NCBI GenBank assembly: GCA_048884925.1
Contig: JBHLQK010000002.1
Span: forward strand, 1-44,148
From: Candidatus Thorarchaeota archaeon
Lineage (GTDB): Archaea; Asgardarchaeota; Thorarchaeia; Thorarchaeales; Thorarchaeaceae
Reading direction: 5' to 3'
Length of the DNA: 44,148 nucleotides
This document shows, in pieces, positions 30,258 to 38,476 of this stretch. A program made the position numbers and the translations under genes. Each line of letters opens with the position of its first letter. Position 1 is the first letter of the stretch. The notes under the pieces are model-generated. The model was not told the DNA's origin and searched no databases. It worked only from the letters and a program-made list of their open reading frames with translations.

Positions 30258-30283
30258 GTCCTGTCACAGGACATTGTGTGTCC
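30258..30283. promoter_or_regulatory. two overlapping inverted repeats upstream of fbp
   Basis: GTCCTGT-C-ACAGGAC (30258-30272, perfect 7-bp arms) overlaps GGACA-TTGTG-TGTCC (30269-30283, 5-bp arms). They lie 33-58 nt upstream of the likely TTG start. Function unknown. Confidence 0.3.
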
Positions 30284-30315
30284 TTCTAACAATTTGGAAA
30301 TGGAGCGAGAAGAGA

Positions 30316-31464
30316 TTGGTTGAAACGACTATTAGCGTTATTAAGGCCGACATTGGCTCGTTGGCCGGGCATGTAGTGGTACCTGATTTCCTGTTGGAGC
30401 TAGCACGAAAGGAGCTGAAAACAGGTGTTGAGAAGAAGATCATCAACGATTTCCATGTAACACATGCTGGAGATGACTTGGAACTTATTATGACTCACTT
30501 CAAGGGTGAAGGCAATGAAGATGTTCATCGCCTAGCTTTTGACACCTTCATAAAGGGGACTGAACTGGCTCGTGAGAAGAAAATCTATGCAGCCGGACAA
30601 GATATTCTCTCAGACACGTTCAGTGGCAATGTCAAAGGGATGGGACCTGGTTCAGCAGAGATGACAATTGAGGAACGAAAGTCAGAGCCATTCGCTATCT
30701 TCATGGCTGACAAGACCGAGCCCGGTGCCTTCAATCTGCCTCTGTTCAAGATATTCGCGGATCCCTTCAACACAGCAGGGCTCGTCATTGACCCGAACCT
30801 ACATGATGGGTTTACTTTCGTGATTCAAGACATCATGAAGGAAGTCCCTTGTTTTGTTGATATGAAATGTCCAGCAGAGATGTATGACTTGCTTGCCCTT
30901 ATCGGCAGTACAGGAGTATTCACAATAAAGAAAATCTATCGAGCAGATGGAATGGTCTGTGCTTCAGTGAGCACTGACAAGCTTCACGCTGTAGCAGGGA
31001 AGTACGTTGGAAAGGATGATCCTGTAGCCATTGTTAGAGCGCATTCTGGTCTTCCTGCAATGGGGGAGGTGCTTGAAGCGTTCACCATTCCTCATCTAGT
31101 CGCTGGTTGGATGCGCGGCTCCCATGCAGGACCTCTACTACCCGTTGCACTGAAAGACTCACGTTGCACAAGGTTCGATGGCCCGCCTCGAGTTATTGGT
31201 CTTGGGTTTCAAGTTTCTAACGGAATGCTTGTTGGTCCAATTGACCTGTTTGACGACGTTGCATTTGATATCACACGCCAACGTGGAATGGAGATTGCAG
31301 ACTACCTTCGTCAACATGGCCCATTTGAGTTCCACCGACTTTCATCAGATAGGATGGAGTATAGTACATTGCCAAAGGTCCTTGACAAGTGTGGTACTCG
31401 TTTCACTGAAGAGGAGATTGTTCCCACAGGAAAAGCTAAGGACACATCTGGCTCAGCAGAGTAG
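30316..31464 (+). CDS. fbp: fructose-1,6-bisphosphate aldolase/phosphatase (class V FBPase)
   Basis: TTISVIKADIGSLAGH, MTH, YAAGQDILSDTFSGNVKGMGPG, FMADKTEPGAFNLPL, GWMRGSHAGPLLPV, RFDGPP. The conserved family N-terminus starts at the TTG 30316. The track's ATG 30205 would add 37 non-conserved residues. Confidence 0.9.
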   Translation: MVETTISVIKADIGSLAGHVVVPDFLLELARKELKTGVEKKIINDFHVTHAGDDLELIMTHFKGEGNEDVHRLAFDTFIKGTELAREKKIYAAGQDILSDTFSGNVKGMGPGSAEMTIEERKSEPFAIFMADKTEPGAFNLPLFKIFADPFNTAGLVIDPNLHDGFTFVIQDIMKEVPCFVDMKCPAEMYDLLALIGSTGVFTIKKIYRADGMVCASVSTDKLHAVAGKYVGKDDPVAIVRAHSGLPAMGEVLEAFTIPHLVAGWMRGSHAGPLLPVALKDSRCTRFDGPPRVIGLGFQVSNGMLVGPIDLFDDVAFDITRQRGMEIADYLRQHGPFEFHRLSSDRMEYSTLPKVLDKCGTRFTEEEIVPTGKAKDTSGSAE

Positions 31465-31504
31465 ATACGGGACTTCTGTCCCGTTCTCTCTTTGTTTCCG
31501 AACT

Positions 31505-31822
31505 TTAGCCTGTTCTCTTGATGATATGATACCCAAACTCAGTCTTGACAGGTTCTGTGGTCATTGCCCCCACACTGAGAGCATAGACTGCATTTTCGAA
31601 CTCCTTTACCATCTCGCCTCTCCCAAAGCAACCCAAGTCTCCTCCACGCTTCTTCGATGAACAGTCGCTGTATTGCTTGCAGAGAGATCCGAAGTCTTCC
31701 CCCTCTCTGATTCGACTGATTATCTCGAGCGCCTGACTATGCTTCTTAACTAAAATGTGACTTGCGCACACCTTGCCTCCTCCACCGCCTTTCTTCTTCA
31801 TGGCTTTGCTCTTCTTGCCCAT
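31505..31822 (-). CDS. parvulin-type peptidyl-prolyl cis-trans isomerase with Lys/Gly-rich N-terminal tail
   Basis: ASHILVKKH...[19 protein letters not shown]...[13 protein letters not shown] at 31822 gives [17 protein letters not shown]... Confidence 0.85.
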   Translation of the reverse strand: MGKKSKAMKKKGGGGGKVCASHILVKKHSQALEIISRIREGEDFGSLCKQYSDCSSKKRGGDLGCFGRGEMVKEFENAVYALSVGAMTTEPVKTEFGYHIIKRTG

Positions 31823-31942
31823 GTGTTCCACCAACAAAGTGCTCTGCAAACAACGCAATAAGCACTACTATAATGGATTTGCTATAACATAGGATTTTAG
31901 TTCATTTCACCCCATCTCAATGTAGAATCGAGGAGAGATTCC

Positions 31943-32986
31943 ATGAAGGCTGTTATCTTTCATGAGCATGGTTCCCCTGATGTCCTCCAGTACGTCACAG
32001 ACTTCCCAAAGCCCAAGGTGGGTCCCAGCCAAATATTGATTGAAGTCAAAGCTGTAGCTTTGAACCACTTGGACCTATTCACAAGAGCTGGAATTCCTGG
32101 CCTAACCCTGAAGATGCCTCATGTGCTTGGAAGTGACATTTCAGGCGTCGTGGCGGAGATAGGAGTTGACGCGATGGGGGACATTGAGGTTGGAGCTCGA
32201 GTCATCATAGATCCTGGAGTATCCTGTGGGGTCTGTGAGTATTGTGTCAGCGGACAAGACTCTCTATGTTCCACATATGGAATCTTAGGCGAACATTATA
32301 GTGGAGGCTATAGGGAGTTTATGGCTGTTGATGCTCGCAAGGTTATCCCCATTCCTGGGAAGAGCAAACTCAGTTTTGAGGAAGCTGCAGCAATTCCACT
32401 GACCTTCATGACTGCGTGGAGAATGCTGATTACAAGAGCTCGTCTGAGAGCTGGTGAGGATGTGTTGATTATTGGCATTGGGGGCGGTGTGGCTGTTGCT
32501 GCTCTACAGATTGCGAAGATGGCTGGTGCGCGCATTTTTGTTACGAGTTCATCCAATGACAAACTGGAAAAGGCTCGCCGATTGGGGGCTGACTTTCTGA
32601 TCAATCATTTGGAATCACCGGACTACCACAGGGAAATCTGGAAACTTACTGGTAAACGCGGTGTTGATGTGGTTGTCGATTCGGTTGGTGAAGCAACATG
32701 GGCAAGGAGTCTACGTAGTCTCAATAAAGGAGGACGTCTAGTCACCTGTGGAGCCACTTCTGGACCCAATGCAGTGACCAGTCTCAACCTTCTATTTTGG
32801 AAACAGCTCGAGATTATAGGCTCTACAATGGCCAGCAGGTCAGAGCTTGAATCCGTTCTGCGTCTAGTGTGGACAGGGAAGCTCATGCCAGTTGTGGACA
32901 GAGTATTACCTCTCTCATCCGCAAAAGAAGCCCATGAGATTCTGGAACATGGTGCTCAGTTTGGGAAGATAGTCCTAATACCATAG
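31943..32986 (+). CDS. zinc-binding dehydrogenase / quinone-oxidoreductase-like MDR protein
   Basis: MKAVIFHEHG, GSDISGVVAEIG, CGVCEYCVSGQDSLC, GIGGGVAVAALQIAK. GAGGAG SD upstream. Confidence 0.85.
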   Translation: MKAVIFHEHGSPDVLQYVTDFPKPKVGPSQILIEVKAVALNHLDLFTRAGIPGLTLKMPHVLGSDISGVVAEIGVDAMGDIEVGARVIIDPGVSCGVCEYCVSGQDSLCSTYGILGEHYSGGYREFMAVDARKVIPIPGKSKLSFEEAAAIPLTFMTAWRMLITRARLRAGEDVLIIGIGGGVAVAALQIAKMAGARIFVTSSSNDKLEKARRLGADFLINHLESPDYHREIWKLTGKRGVDVVVDSVGEATWARSLRSLNKGGRLVTCGATSGPNAVTSLNLLFWKQLEIIGSTMASRSELESVLRLVWTGKLMPVVDRVLPLSSAKEAHEILEHGAQFGKIVLIP

Positions 32987-33089
32987 GAGGCGATTCCCAA
33001 ACTAGATACATAGTGAGTAATACCGTGGTGTCAATCTGGAAATGACACGCTTTCATTAGCGTGTTTGCCTCCTATCTGGTTGGTCTAGA

Positions 33090-33320
33090 ATGAAAGTAGT
33101 AACAATTTGCCTACCTGAATCCTATGTTGATGGCCTTGACAAGCTCATTGGACAAAGCAAATACCCCAACCGCTCTGAGGTAATCAGAATTGCCATTCGA
33201 GACCTACTTGTTGATGAGCTCTGGGGAAATCGAACCCAGTCAAAAACAATTCCACTTATTGCTCAACTGCAGGAACTGGCTTCAGCACAAAATGTGAATT
33301 CATTAGAGCCGCCAGCTTAG
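33090..33320 (+). CDS. CopG/ribbon-helix-helix DNA-binding protein
   Basis: VVTICLPESYVDGLDKLIGQSKYPNRSEVIRIAIRDLL fits an RHH beta-alpha-alpha pattern. A T-run follows the stop. Confidence 0.7.
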   Translation: MKVVTICLPESYVDGLDKLIGQSKYPNRSEVIRIAIRDLLVDELWGNRTQSKTIPLIAQLQELASAQNVNSLEPPA

Positions 33321-33448
33321 TTGTACAATCAAATTACCTTTTTCTGTGATTGCTACATTTCGAAGTCTGCCGACTGATTCCGACGACAATAGGAATGAAA
33401 CGTGATTGAGACAATTCAATCTCTCAAACGAAGGAGACCGTGTGTAAG

Positions 33449-34039
33449 ATGGAAAGAATCAAGAAACTATTTGGTCGTGACGAGGAAAAGGAAAAGGATG
33501 AATCTCCTGCTGCAGGAGAAACCACGCTAGCAGAGGAAGTTCCTACAGAAGTGGCAGAGGAACATGGTGAGCCTGTGCCAGTTGCAGAGCAAGGAGTGGT
33601 GGCAGAGCCGGATGAACCATTTCCAGTTGATGGAGCCGCAACAATTCCCTACCACTCAGAGATTACAGATCGGCTGAAGTACATGTTCCAAGATTCCAAC
33701 ATCGCCGCGAATATTGAGGGACCTGATGAGTTCACAATCGAATTCATGGCCATGGGTGAGCGTTTCAATTTCATAAAGGAGGCCCGAGGCGAAGTCAAGT
33801 TTGGGACCGGGACTGCGCCTGATGAAGATGTTTTCATTCGGATTTCGAATGATGCTGTCGTAGATTTGCTGAGTGCACCGAATTTTGAGGCGTTCAGGAA
33901 GATATACATGAAGTACTACAGGAATCCAGATGCTGGGAAGTTCGTGAAAATTGAGCTTCGCAAGGACCTTGTCTGGATGAACCGCCAAGGATATGCTCGA
34001 GTTCCTCTCTTGAAACTACTAGTTGGCCAAGTACGGTAG
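33449..34039 (+). CDS. hypothetical protein: acidic disordered N-terminus plus possible SCP2-like domain
   Basis: AAGGAG SD 12 nt upstream of ATG 33449. About 70 aa are rich in E, P, V and A, followed by a globular part (EFTIEFMAMGERFNFIKEARGEVKFGTGTAPDEDVFIRISNDAVVDLL) that vaguely resembles SCP2. Confidence 0.5.
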   Translation: MERIKKLFGRDEEKEKDESPAAGETTLAEEVPTEVAEEHGEPVPVAEQGVVAEPDEPFPVDGAATIPYHSEITDRLKYMFQDSNIAANIEGPDEFTIEFMAMGERFNFIKEARGEVKFGTGTAPDEDVFIRISNDAVVDLLSAPNFEAFRKIYMKYYRNPDAGKFVKIELRKDLVWMNRQGYARVPLLKLLVGQVR

Positions 34040-34133
34040 ACATGATAGATAAGCAACACAACTTATTAGCATATACATCTCGAATGCCCTGCCCGAGTCG
34101 CTGTTGAGGCGGAAATCGGCAGGATGGTACAAA

Positions 34134-34817
34134 ATGCCAGCGATAGAGTTGCCTGTTATTGCGATTAATTTCAAGACCTATCCACAAGCCACTGGAGAGA
34201 AGGCGGTACTGCTTGCACAGATTTGTGAGAAGGTATCAAAGGAGTATGGAGTTTCAGTAGTCGTTTGTCCTCAGGTTCCCGACCTCTACAGAGTGAGTCG
34301 GGCTGTTGATATTCCTGTATTTTCACAGCATATGGATGTTGGAGATCCAGGTCGATTTACTGGCCATGTTATTGGAGAAACACTTGTAGAAGCAGGATGC
34401 ACAGGGACTCTTCTTAACCATTCAGAGAATAGAATGCAGCTTGCTGACATTGAGGATGCTCTAAGGAGTGCCGAGCGACTCAATCTCTATACAATTGTAT
34501 GTACGAACAACCCATTGGTCAGCGTTGCGGCAGCCTCGCTTAACCCAAATTCTGTCGCAGTGGAGCCCCCTGAGCTAATTGGATCAGGCATATCTGTATC
34601 TCAAGCCCAGCCTGAGATCATCTCAGGTACTGTTGAGAGGATACGTGCAGTGAACAAGGAACTCACCATCCTCTGCGGGGCTGGAATTAGTACAGGTGAT
34701 GATGTAGAAGCTGCTATCAAATTGGGCTCTCAAGGCGTCCTTCTTGCATCTGCGGTTGCCAAGTCGGACAAGCCTGAGCATGTGTTAAAGAACCTGATTG
34801 AACCGATTAGGGAATAG
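34134..34817 (+). CDS. tpiA: triosephosphate isomerase (short archaeal type)
   Basis: VIAINFKTY, TGHV, LLNHSE, VCTNN, AVEPPELIGSG, CGAGIS, GVLLASAV. ATG at 34134. Confidence 0.9.
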   Translation: MPAIELPVIAINFKTYPQATGEKAVLLAQICEKVSKEYGVSVVVCPQVPDLYRVSRAVDIPVFSQHMDVGDPGRFTGHVIGETLVEAGCTGTLLNHSENRMQLADIEDALRSAERLNLYTIVCTNNPLVSVAAASLNPNSVAVEPPELIGSGISVSQAQPEIISGTVERIRAVNKELTILCGAGISTGDDVEAAIKLGSQGVLLASAVAKSDKPEHVLKNLIEPIRE

Positions 34818-34867
34818 TCCATTCCGGTTCATTTTTCACGGAATCTTTCGCCACGAGGACTTGGCGA

Positions 34868-35755
34868 TTGTCGGTGAAGGTCACTCTAGAATGCGCACAC
34901 TGCCTGCTTGAAAGAGCGATAAACCAAGTCAAGCTCGCAACTGATGATCCTGACACACAGATGAATGTGACTGCCGCTATGCTTGATTTCCTCAGCAAAA
35001 GCTTCAATTCAGAGGCTGTGCCAAGTCACATTGGAACTGGCCGTGACCTCTTGGTCCAAGAGATGACAGGCAGAGACCCCTATGCAGAGCTCAAAAGCAT
35101 TTCAAACGCTATGGCACTAGATCTTCTACCCGAGCTAAGACTGCTAATGGAGGAATCTTCTGGTCCAACGAGTAGATTCAGGAGAGCTACACTCATTGCG
35201 GCAGCAGCCAATGCAATCGAGTTTGACATTTCAGGGCGGGATTTTGATTTGGATGAACTTAGAGGAATCATCGAACGCGTAGAATCCGACCTAGCGATTG
35301 ATGAGGTTGATGAGTTCATGAGCCTATGTCAGGGTGCGAAGGAAGTCCTATATCTATTGGATAATGCTGGAGAAGTTGTCTTGGATATGATTCTGATATC
35401 TGAAATTAAGAATTTAGGACTGAATGTTGTTGCAGTGGTAAAGGGCGGCCCAGTTCTAAATGACGCCACTATGATTGATGCGAAAGAAGTGGGCCTTGAC
35501 GGATGCGCCGACAAGGTAATCGATACTGGTGCTGCTGCAATTGGAGTGAATCCTGACAAGAACTCCAAGGAGTTCCTAGATGTCTTTCAAAAGGCTGAAC
35601 TGATTATAGCCAAGGGCATGGGCAATTTTGAGTCATTGACGGAACTGGAGCCCCATTGCCCAATAGTGCACATACTCAGGACAAAGTGTCCTCCTGTGGC
35701 TCAATATATAGGGACTGAAGTCAATCAGAACGTCGTTCTTGTTAGAAAACCGTGA
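34868..35755 (+). CDS. DUF89 / ARMT1-like damage-control phosphatase family protein
   Basis: N-terminal CAHCLLERA, DPY..LK, YLLDNAGEVVLD, IAKGMGNFESL. TTG (34868) or GTG (34874) start. Confidence 0.8.
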   Translation: MSVKVTLECAHCLLERAINQVKLATDDPDTQMNVTAAMLDFLSKSFNSEAVPSHIGTGRDLLVQEMTGRDPYAELKSISNAMALDLLPELRLLMEESSGPTSRFRRATLIAAAANAIEFDISGRDFDLDELRGIIERVESDLAIDEVDEFMSLCQGAKEVLYLLDNAGEVVLDMILISEIKNLGLNVVAVVKGGPVLNDATMIDAKEVGLDGCADKVIDTGAAAIGVNPDKNSKEFLDVFQKAELIIAKGMGNFESLTELEPHCPIVHILRTKCPPVAQYIGTEVNQNVVLVRKP

Positions 35756-35775
35756 GAGAATCATATCTTCTGTGT

Positions 35776-36591
35776 TTAGCTCTTAGTGAGAGTCTTGGTC
35801 ACAAGATCTGATTTTGTATACTCGATCTTCAGGTCGGGAAACTGAAGACTGAGCTGGTGTTTCAGGCGGTTCATTCCTGGCTCTTCTGTCACAAATGCTC
35901 CTACCTCGTAAACCTGCATACCTTCTTCAGCAGCCAAGAGTCTGACTTCAGGCGACAGCTCACCGGTGACTATTGTAGTGATGTTTTGCTTCTTGGCGGC
36001 TAAGATTTCAGGCACATCTAAGAGACTACCAGGAAATAATAGTGTTTGACTTACTTCTTCATCAAGGTTTCCAGAGAATTTCACGAATTCAATTCCAAGT
36101 TTTTCTATCATGTAGTTCGCGAAAAGTGAATGATTCATAGTGCTTTTAGGTTGGCATATGCGACCTGCAGGAACAAGATCCTCATTATCTCCCATAATAA
36201 GAAACTCGCCCTTTTTACTTAACTCCAATGTTTCAGCAAGAGCATCTGCTATTCCATCGCGAGCACAAATCCATGCAGCTCCTAGCATATAGCTCGAGAT
36301 GTAGTTCTTTGTCAACAGCCTAGCTCTGATTAGGTCAAGACCCGAAAGCCTGTCAATAGCAAATGGAAATAGGGGGCGATGAGTCAGTAGCAGATTTGCC
36401 TTGTCCTGAGTGGCCTTTGCTACCACTCTTCCAGATGGGTATGTTGCTATGAGGACTCTATTGACGGTCGTCTTTTCCTGTTCTTTCTCTGTCTGGGGAC
36501 CAATTTCAACTCTTGAAGGAAGGCCACCAAAAGCAAGATGCGGTGGAGCAATTATTTCTAGATGTTTCACGATAGTCAGTAGAGTAGTCAC
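35776..36591 (-). CDS. NIF3-family protein with degenerate metal-site motifs
   Basis: NIF3 layout (LLTIVKHLEIIAPP...LLLTHRPLF...IVTGEL...EVGAFVTEE). AGGTGAT SD sits 5 nt before the GTG at 36591. The track's 36600 GTG lies inside that SD. Confidence 0.6.
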   Translation of the reverse strand: MTTLLTIVKHLEIIAPPHLAFGGLPSRVEIGPQTEKEQEKTTVNRVLIATYPSGRVVAKATQDKANLLLTHRPLFPFAIDRLSGLDLIRARLLTKNYISSYMLGAAWICARDGIADALAETLELSKKGEFLIMGDNEDLVPAGRICQPKSTMNHSLFANYMIEKLGIEFVKFSGNLDEEVSQTLLFPGSLLDVPEILAAKKQNITTIVTGELSPEVRLLAAEEGMQVYEVGAFVTEEPGMNRLKHQLSLQFPDLKIEYTKSDLVTKTLTKS

Positions 36592-36633
36592 TCGAATCAC
36601 CTGAATAGGTTGCTAGAAGCACAACAGCTTGTT

Positions 36634-36648
36634 CAGGGGAGTCCCCTG
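36634..36648. repeat. perfect palindrome CAGGGGA-G-TCCCCTG between two minus-strand genes
   Basis: 7-bp arms, located about 40 nt downstream of the stop at 36688 and about 43 nt upstream of the NIF3 start. Could be a terminator hairpin or an operator. Confidence 0.35.
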
Positions 36649-36687
36649 TCTTATTCTTTGCCATGAATTGAAGATTTGGATTTCTGA

Positions 36688-37089
36688 CTACTCCTCGAGT
36701 TCCTCGAGCTCATCATCATCTAATATCTCATCGTCATATGAATAGAGATCCTCGAGTTCTTCATCAATGACCTCAAGTTCCGGCTCTTCATCATCATCCT
36801 CTTCGATAGTTTCCAGTTCTACTTCTTCATCAATGATCTCAAGCTCTGGCTTATCATCGATGATTTCCATCTCTGGCTCTTTCTTCTTCTTGGGAGCCTT
36901 CTTCTTTGGCTTCTTCTTCTTCTCCTTCTTCTCGACCACAATATGTGCAGAGGGTCTCTTTTTGAAGGACCAGAATTCTGTACGCGCTTTGCGGCGTTTT
37001 CGCATTCTTCTGAAGTCTATCTGCTGTGGGTTCTGAGTCTTTCTGATTCGAATCAGGTCTCTCTGGGCATTCTTCTCCTTGTTGACCAT
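36688..37089 (-). CDS. bipolar low-complexity protein (basic or Lys-rich N-half, acidic-repeat C-half)
   Basis: ATG start. MVNKEKNAQRDLIRIRK...KKEKKKKPKKKAPKKKKEPE is followed by four (P/V)E(M/L)E(I/V/T)I(D/E)(D/E) units and a D/E/L tail. No family recognised. Confidence 0.55.
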   Translation of the reverse strand: MVNKEKNAQRDLIRIRKTQNPQQIDFRRMRKRRKARTEFWSFKKRPSAHIVVEKKEKKKKPKKKAPKKKKEPEMEIIDDKPELEIIDEEVELETIEEDDDEEPELEVIDEELEDLYSYDDEILDDDELEELEE

Positions 37090-37222
37090 CAGATACTCAC
37101 CGTCGCTTCTTCAGCGTGCTCCCCGCGGTTATTGTTATAACTGTGTCGGAGAAGCACATTGAAGAGGAAGGCTTTTTGTTCTGGTTTTGAATGAAGTCTA
37201 TTTGGAACAGGTGAATATCAAA

Positions 37223-37744
37223 ATGAATCCTGCCCGCAAGGAGAAGGACGCCAGTATTCGCGTAAGGCTTGATAGTGAAATCTTAGAAAGAATTGATTCA
37301 GTCGTTGGTGAGCGGGGCCGCCAGAGATTCATCAAGGAAGCCATTCTCTGGAGACTGGATCAAGAAGTCCCTCCCATTGTATTTGAGCTGGTAGAACGCG
37401 TTGACCAGCTCCAAGACCGGGTTGAACATCTGGAGGGGGCTCGATCAACGAGCGTCTACATTGGAGGAATGAATGAGGCAGTAAAGACTCAGGTCTGCCG
37501 AGATGACTTGGACAGAAAGATAATCGCTTACTTTCTCCAACATGAGGGCGCCTCTACACCTGAGCTAGCAAAGACGCTCCTCAATGACCCTTCCAAACGC
37601 AAGACAATCCATGTGCGAATCCGGAAGCTGAATGACCGCTCGGAAAATGTTCTAGGAACCCGGATTCTCAGGTATGAGAAGGGCGAAGTCAAAGAGAAAC
37701 GTGGTGCATGGTGGTTGGTGGAGCCTAATCTTGTCAGGGAGTAA
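37223..37744 (+). CDS. transcriptional regulator, N-terminal RHH plus C-terminal winged-helix-like domain
   Basis: IRVRLDSEILERIDSVVGERGRQRFIKEAILWRL (RHH) and IIAYFLQHEGASTPELAKTL (HTH). ATG at 37223; the track start 37187 is TTG. Confidence 0.6.
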   Translation: MNPARKEKDASIRVRLDSEILERIDSVVGERGRQRFIKEAILWRLDQEVPPIVFELVERVDQLQDRVEHLEGARSTSVYIGGMNEAVKTQVCRDDLDRKIIAYFLQHEGASTPELAKTLLNDPSKRKTIHVRIRKLNDRSENVLGTRILRYEKGEVKEKRGAWWLVEPNLVRE

Positions 37745-37766
37745 TAAGGGTCGCCTGCAGCAAGTC

Positions 37767-37773
37767 TATAAAG
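37767..37773 (+). promoter_or_regulatory. TATA box of tRNA-Arg(CCG)
   Basis: TATAAAG begins 27 nt upstream of tRNA position 1. It shares the context CTATAA with the promoter of the second tRNA. Confidence 0.6.
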
Positions 37774-37793
37774 AGCGGCCCTTGTGGAGTTTT

Positions 37794-37871
37794 GGGGCCG
37801 TAGTCTAGCCTGGATAAGGCACCAGCCTCCGGAGTTGGGTTTCCCCGGTTCGAATCCGGGCGGTCCCGCCA
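37794..37871 (+). tRNA. tRNA-Arg (anticodon CCG), CCA encoded
   Basis: Manual cloverleaf: acceptor GGGGCCG/CGGTCCC (one G-U); D arm GTCT/AGGC; anticodon arm CCAGC-CTCCGGA-GTTGG; variable GTTTC; T arm CCCGG-TTCGAAT-CCGGG; discriminator G; CCA. Confidence 0.9.
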
Positions 37872-37901
37872 TTCATCTTCTTCAACTCACTCCGATTGGA
37901 G

Positions 37902-37908
37902 TTTAAAA
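37902..37908 (+). promoter_or_regulatory. candidate TATA box for micro-ORF 1
   Basis: TTTAAAA lies about 45-55 nt upstream of the ATGs at 37950 and 37959. This argues against the TTG 37896 start in the track. Confidence 0.4.
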
Positions 37909-37949
37909 GCGTGTGTAAGGGACACTCTTCTGATGCGAGGTCTAAATCG

Positions 37950-38147
37950 ATGAGCATTATGAAGGGCTATCGTTCAAACCCTGAACAAGTGGTTGACCGC
38001 TTTACTCGCTATCTGAATGGTCCAATGGGCCAAACAGTTCTTGAAACATTGGATGAGGGCGAGAGTTTCATTCTGCAAACATCAGAACATACTTTCAGGG
38101 TGACAAAACGGAAGCACAAAGCAGTTGTTGAACTGCTACCCGCTTAA
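37950..38147 (+). CDS. conserved small protein (copy 1 of a tandem pair), unknown function
   Basis: MSIMKGYRSNPEQVVDRFTRYLNGPMGQTVLETLDEGESFILQTSEHTFRVTKRKHKAVVELLPA. A paralogue 75 nt downstream shares the RYLNGPMG and FILQTSEH blocks, and many of the nucleotide differences are synonymous. Confidence 0.55.
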   Translation: MSIMKGYRSNPEQVVDRFTRYLNGPMGQTVLETLDEGESFILQTSEHTFRVTKRKHKAVVELLPA

Positions 38148-38222
38148 TTAGCATGATCCATAAATCATCGGATATCTGCTTAAGTATCACAGAATCCTAT
38201 TATGGCACGAGGGTATTGTCAT

Positions 38223-38423
38223 ATGACATCGAAGACCGAATCCACGGCTGAAGGAGTGAAATCGTGATTTGAGAGGTATCTCAACGGCCCGATGGGAAAA
38301 TCAGTACTTGAGAATCTAGAAGAGGGGGAGCATTTTATTCTTCAGACCTCTGAACATATAATGAGAGTTACGAAGAAGAAAAGCCGTGCAGTCATTGCAT
38401 ATTTGAAACCTGTATCAGAATGA
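38223..38423 (+). pseudogene. paralogue of the small protein (copy 2), interrupted by an in-frame TGA at 38265-38267
   Basis: MTSKTESTAEGVKS*FERYLNGPMGKSVLENLEEGEHFILQTSEHIMRVTKKKSRAVIAYLKPVSE. The TGA aligns with an Arg codon of copy 1. Not in the ORF track because each half is under 60 aa. It could be a pseudogene, or a shortened product from ATG 38292. Confidence 0.4.
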
Positions 38424-38447
38424 TCGTCACACCTCCAGCGAAGACTC

Positions 38448-38453
38448 TATAAG
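38448..38453 (+). promoter_or_regulatory. TATA box of tRNA-Arg(GCG)
   Basis: TATAAG begins 29 nt upstream of tRNA position 1. Confidence 0.55.
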
Positions 38454-38476
38454 TTGAACTAGGTCCCTCGGTGAAC

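Noticed and set aside
30205-30315. ATG 30205 as the fbp start
   Set aside because: It would add 37 residues (MFGTGSPKHLLQIPKAPQSC...) ahead of the highly conserved family N-terminus, and would run through the upstream inverted repeats.
37528-37872. 114-aa minus-strand ORF
   Set aside because: It runs antisense across tRNA-Arg(CCG) and the 3' end of the regulator gene. Its Gly/Pro/Arg-rich translation is typical of a shadow ORF.
38265-38267. In-frame TGA as selenocysteine
   Set aside because: It aligns with Arg rather than Cys in the paralogue. I see no GC-rich SECIS-like stem-loop in the short 3' region (38424-38476), which instead holds the tRNA promoter. A nonsense mutation or a sequencing error is more parsimonious.
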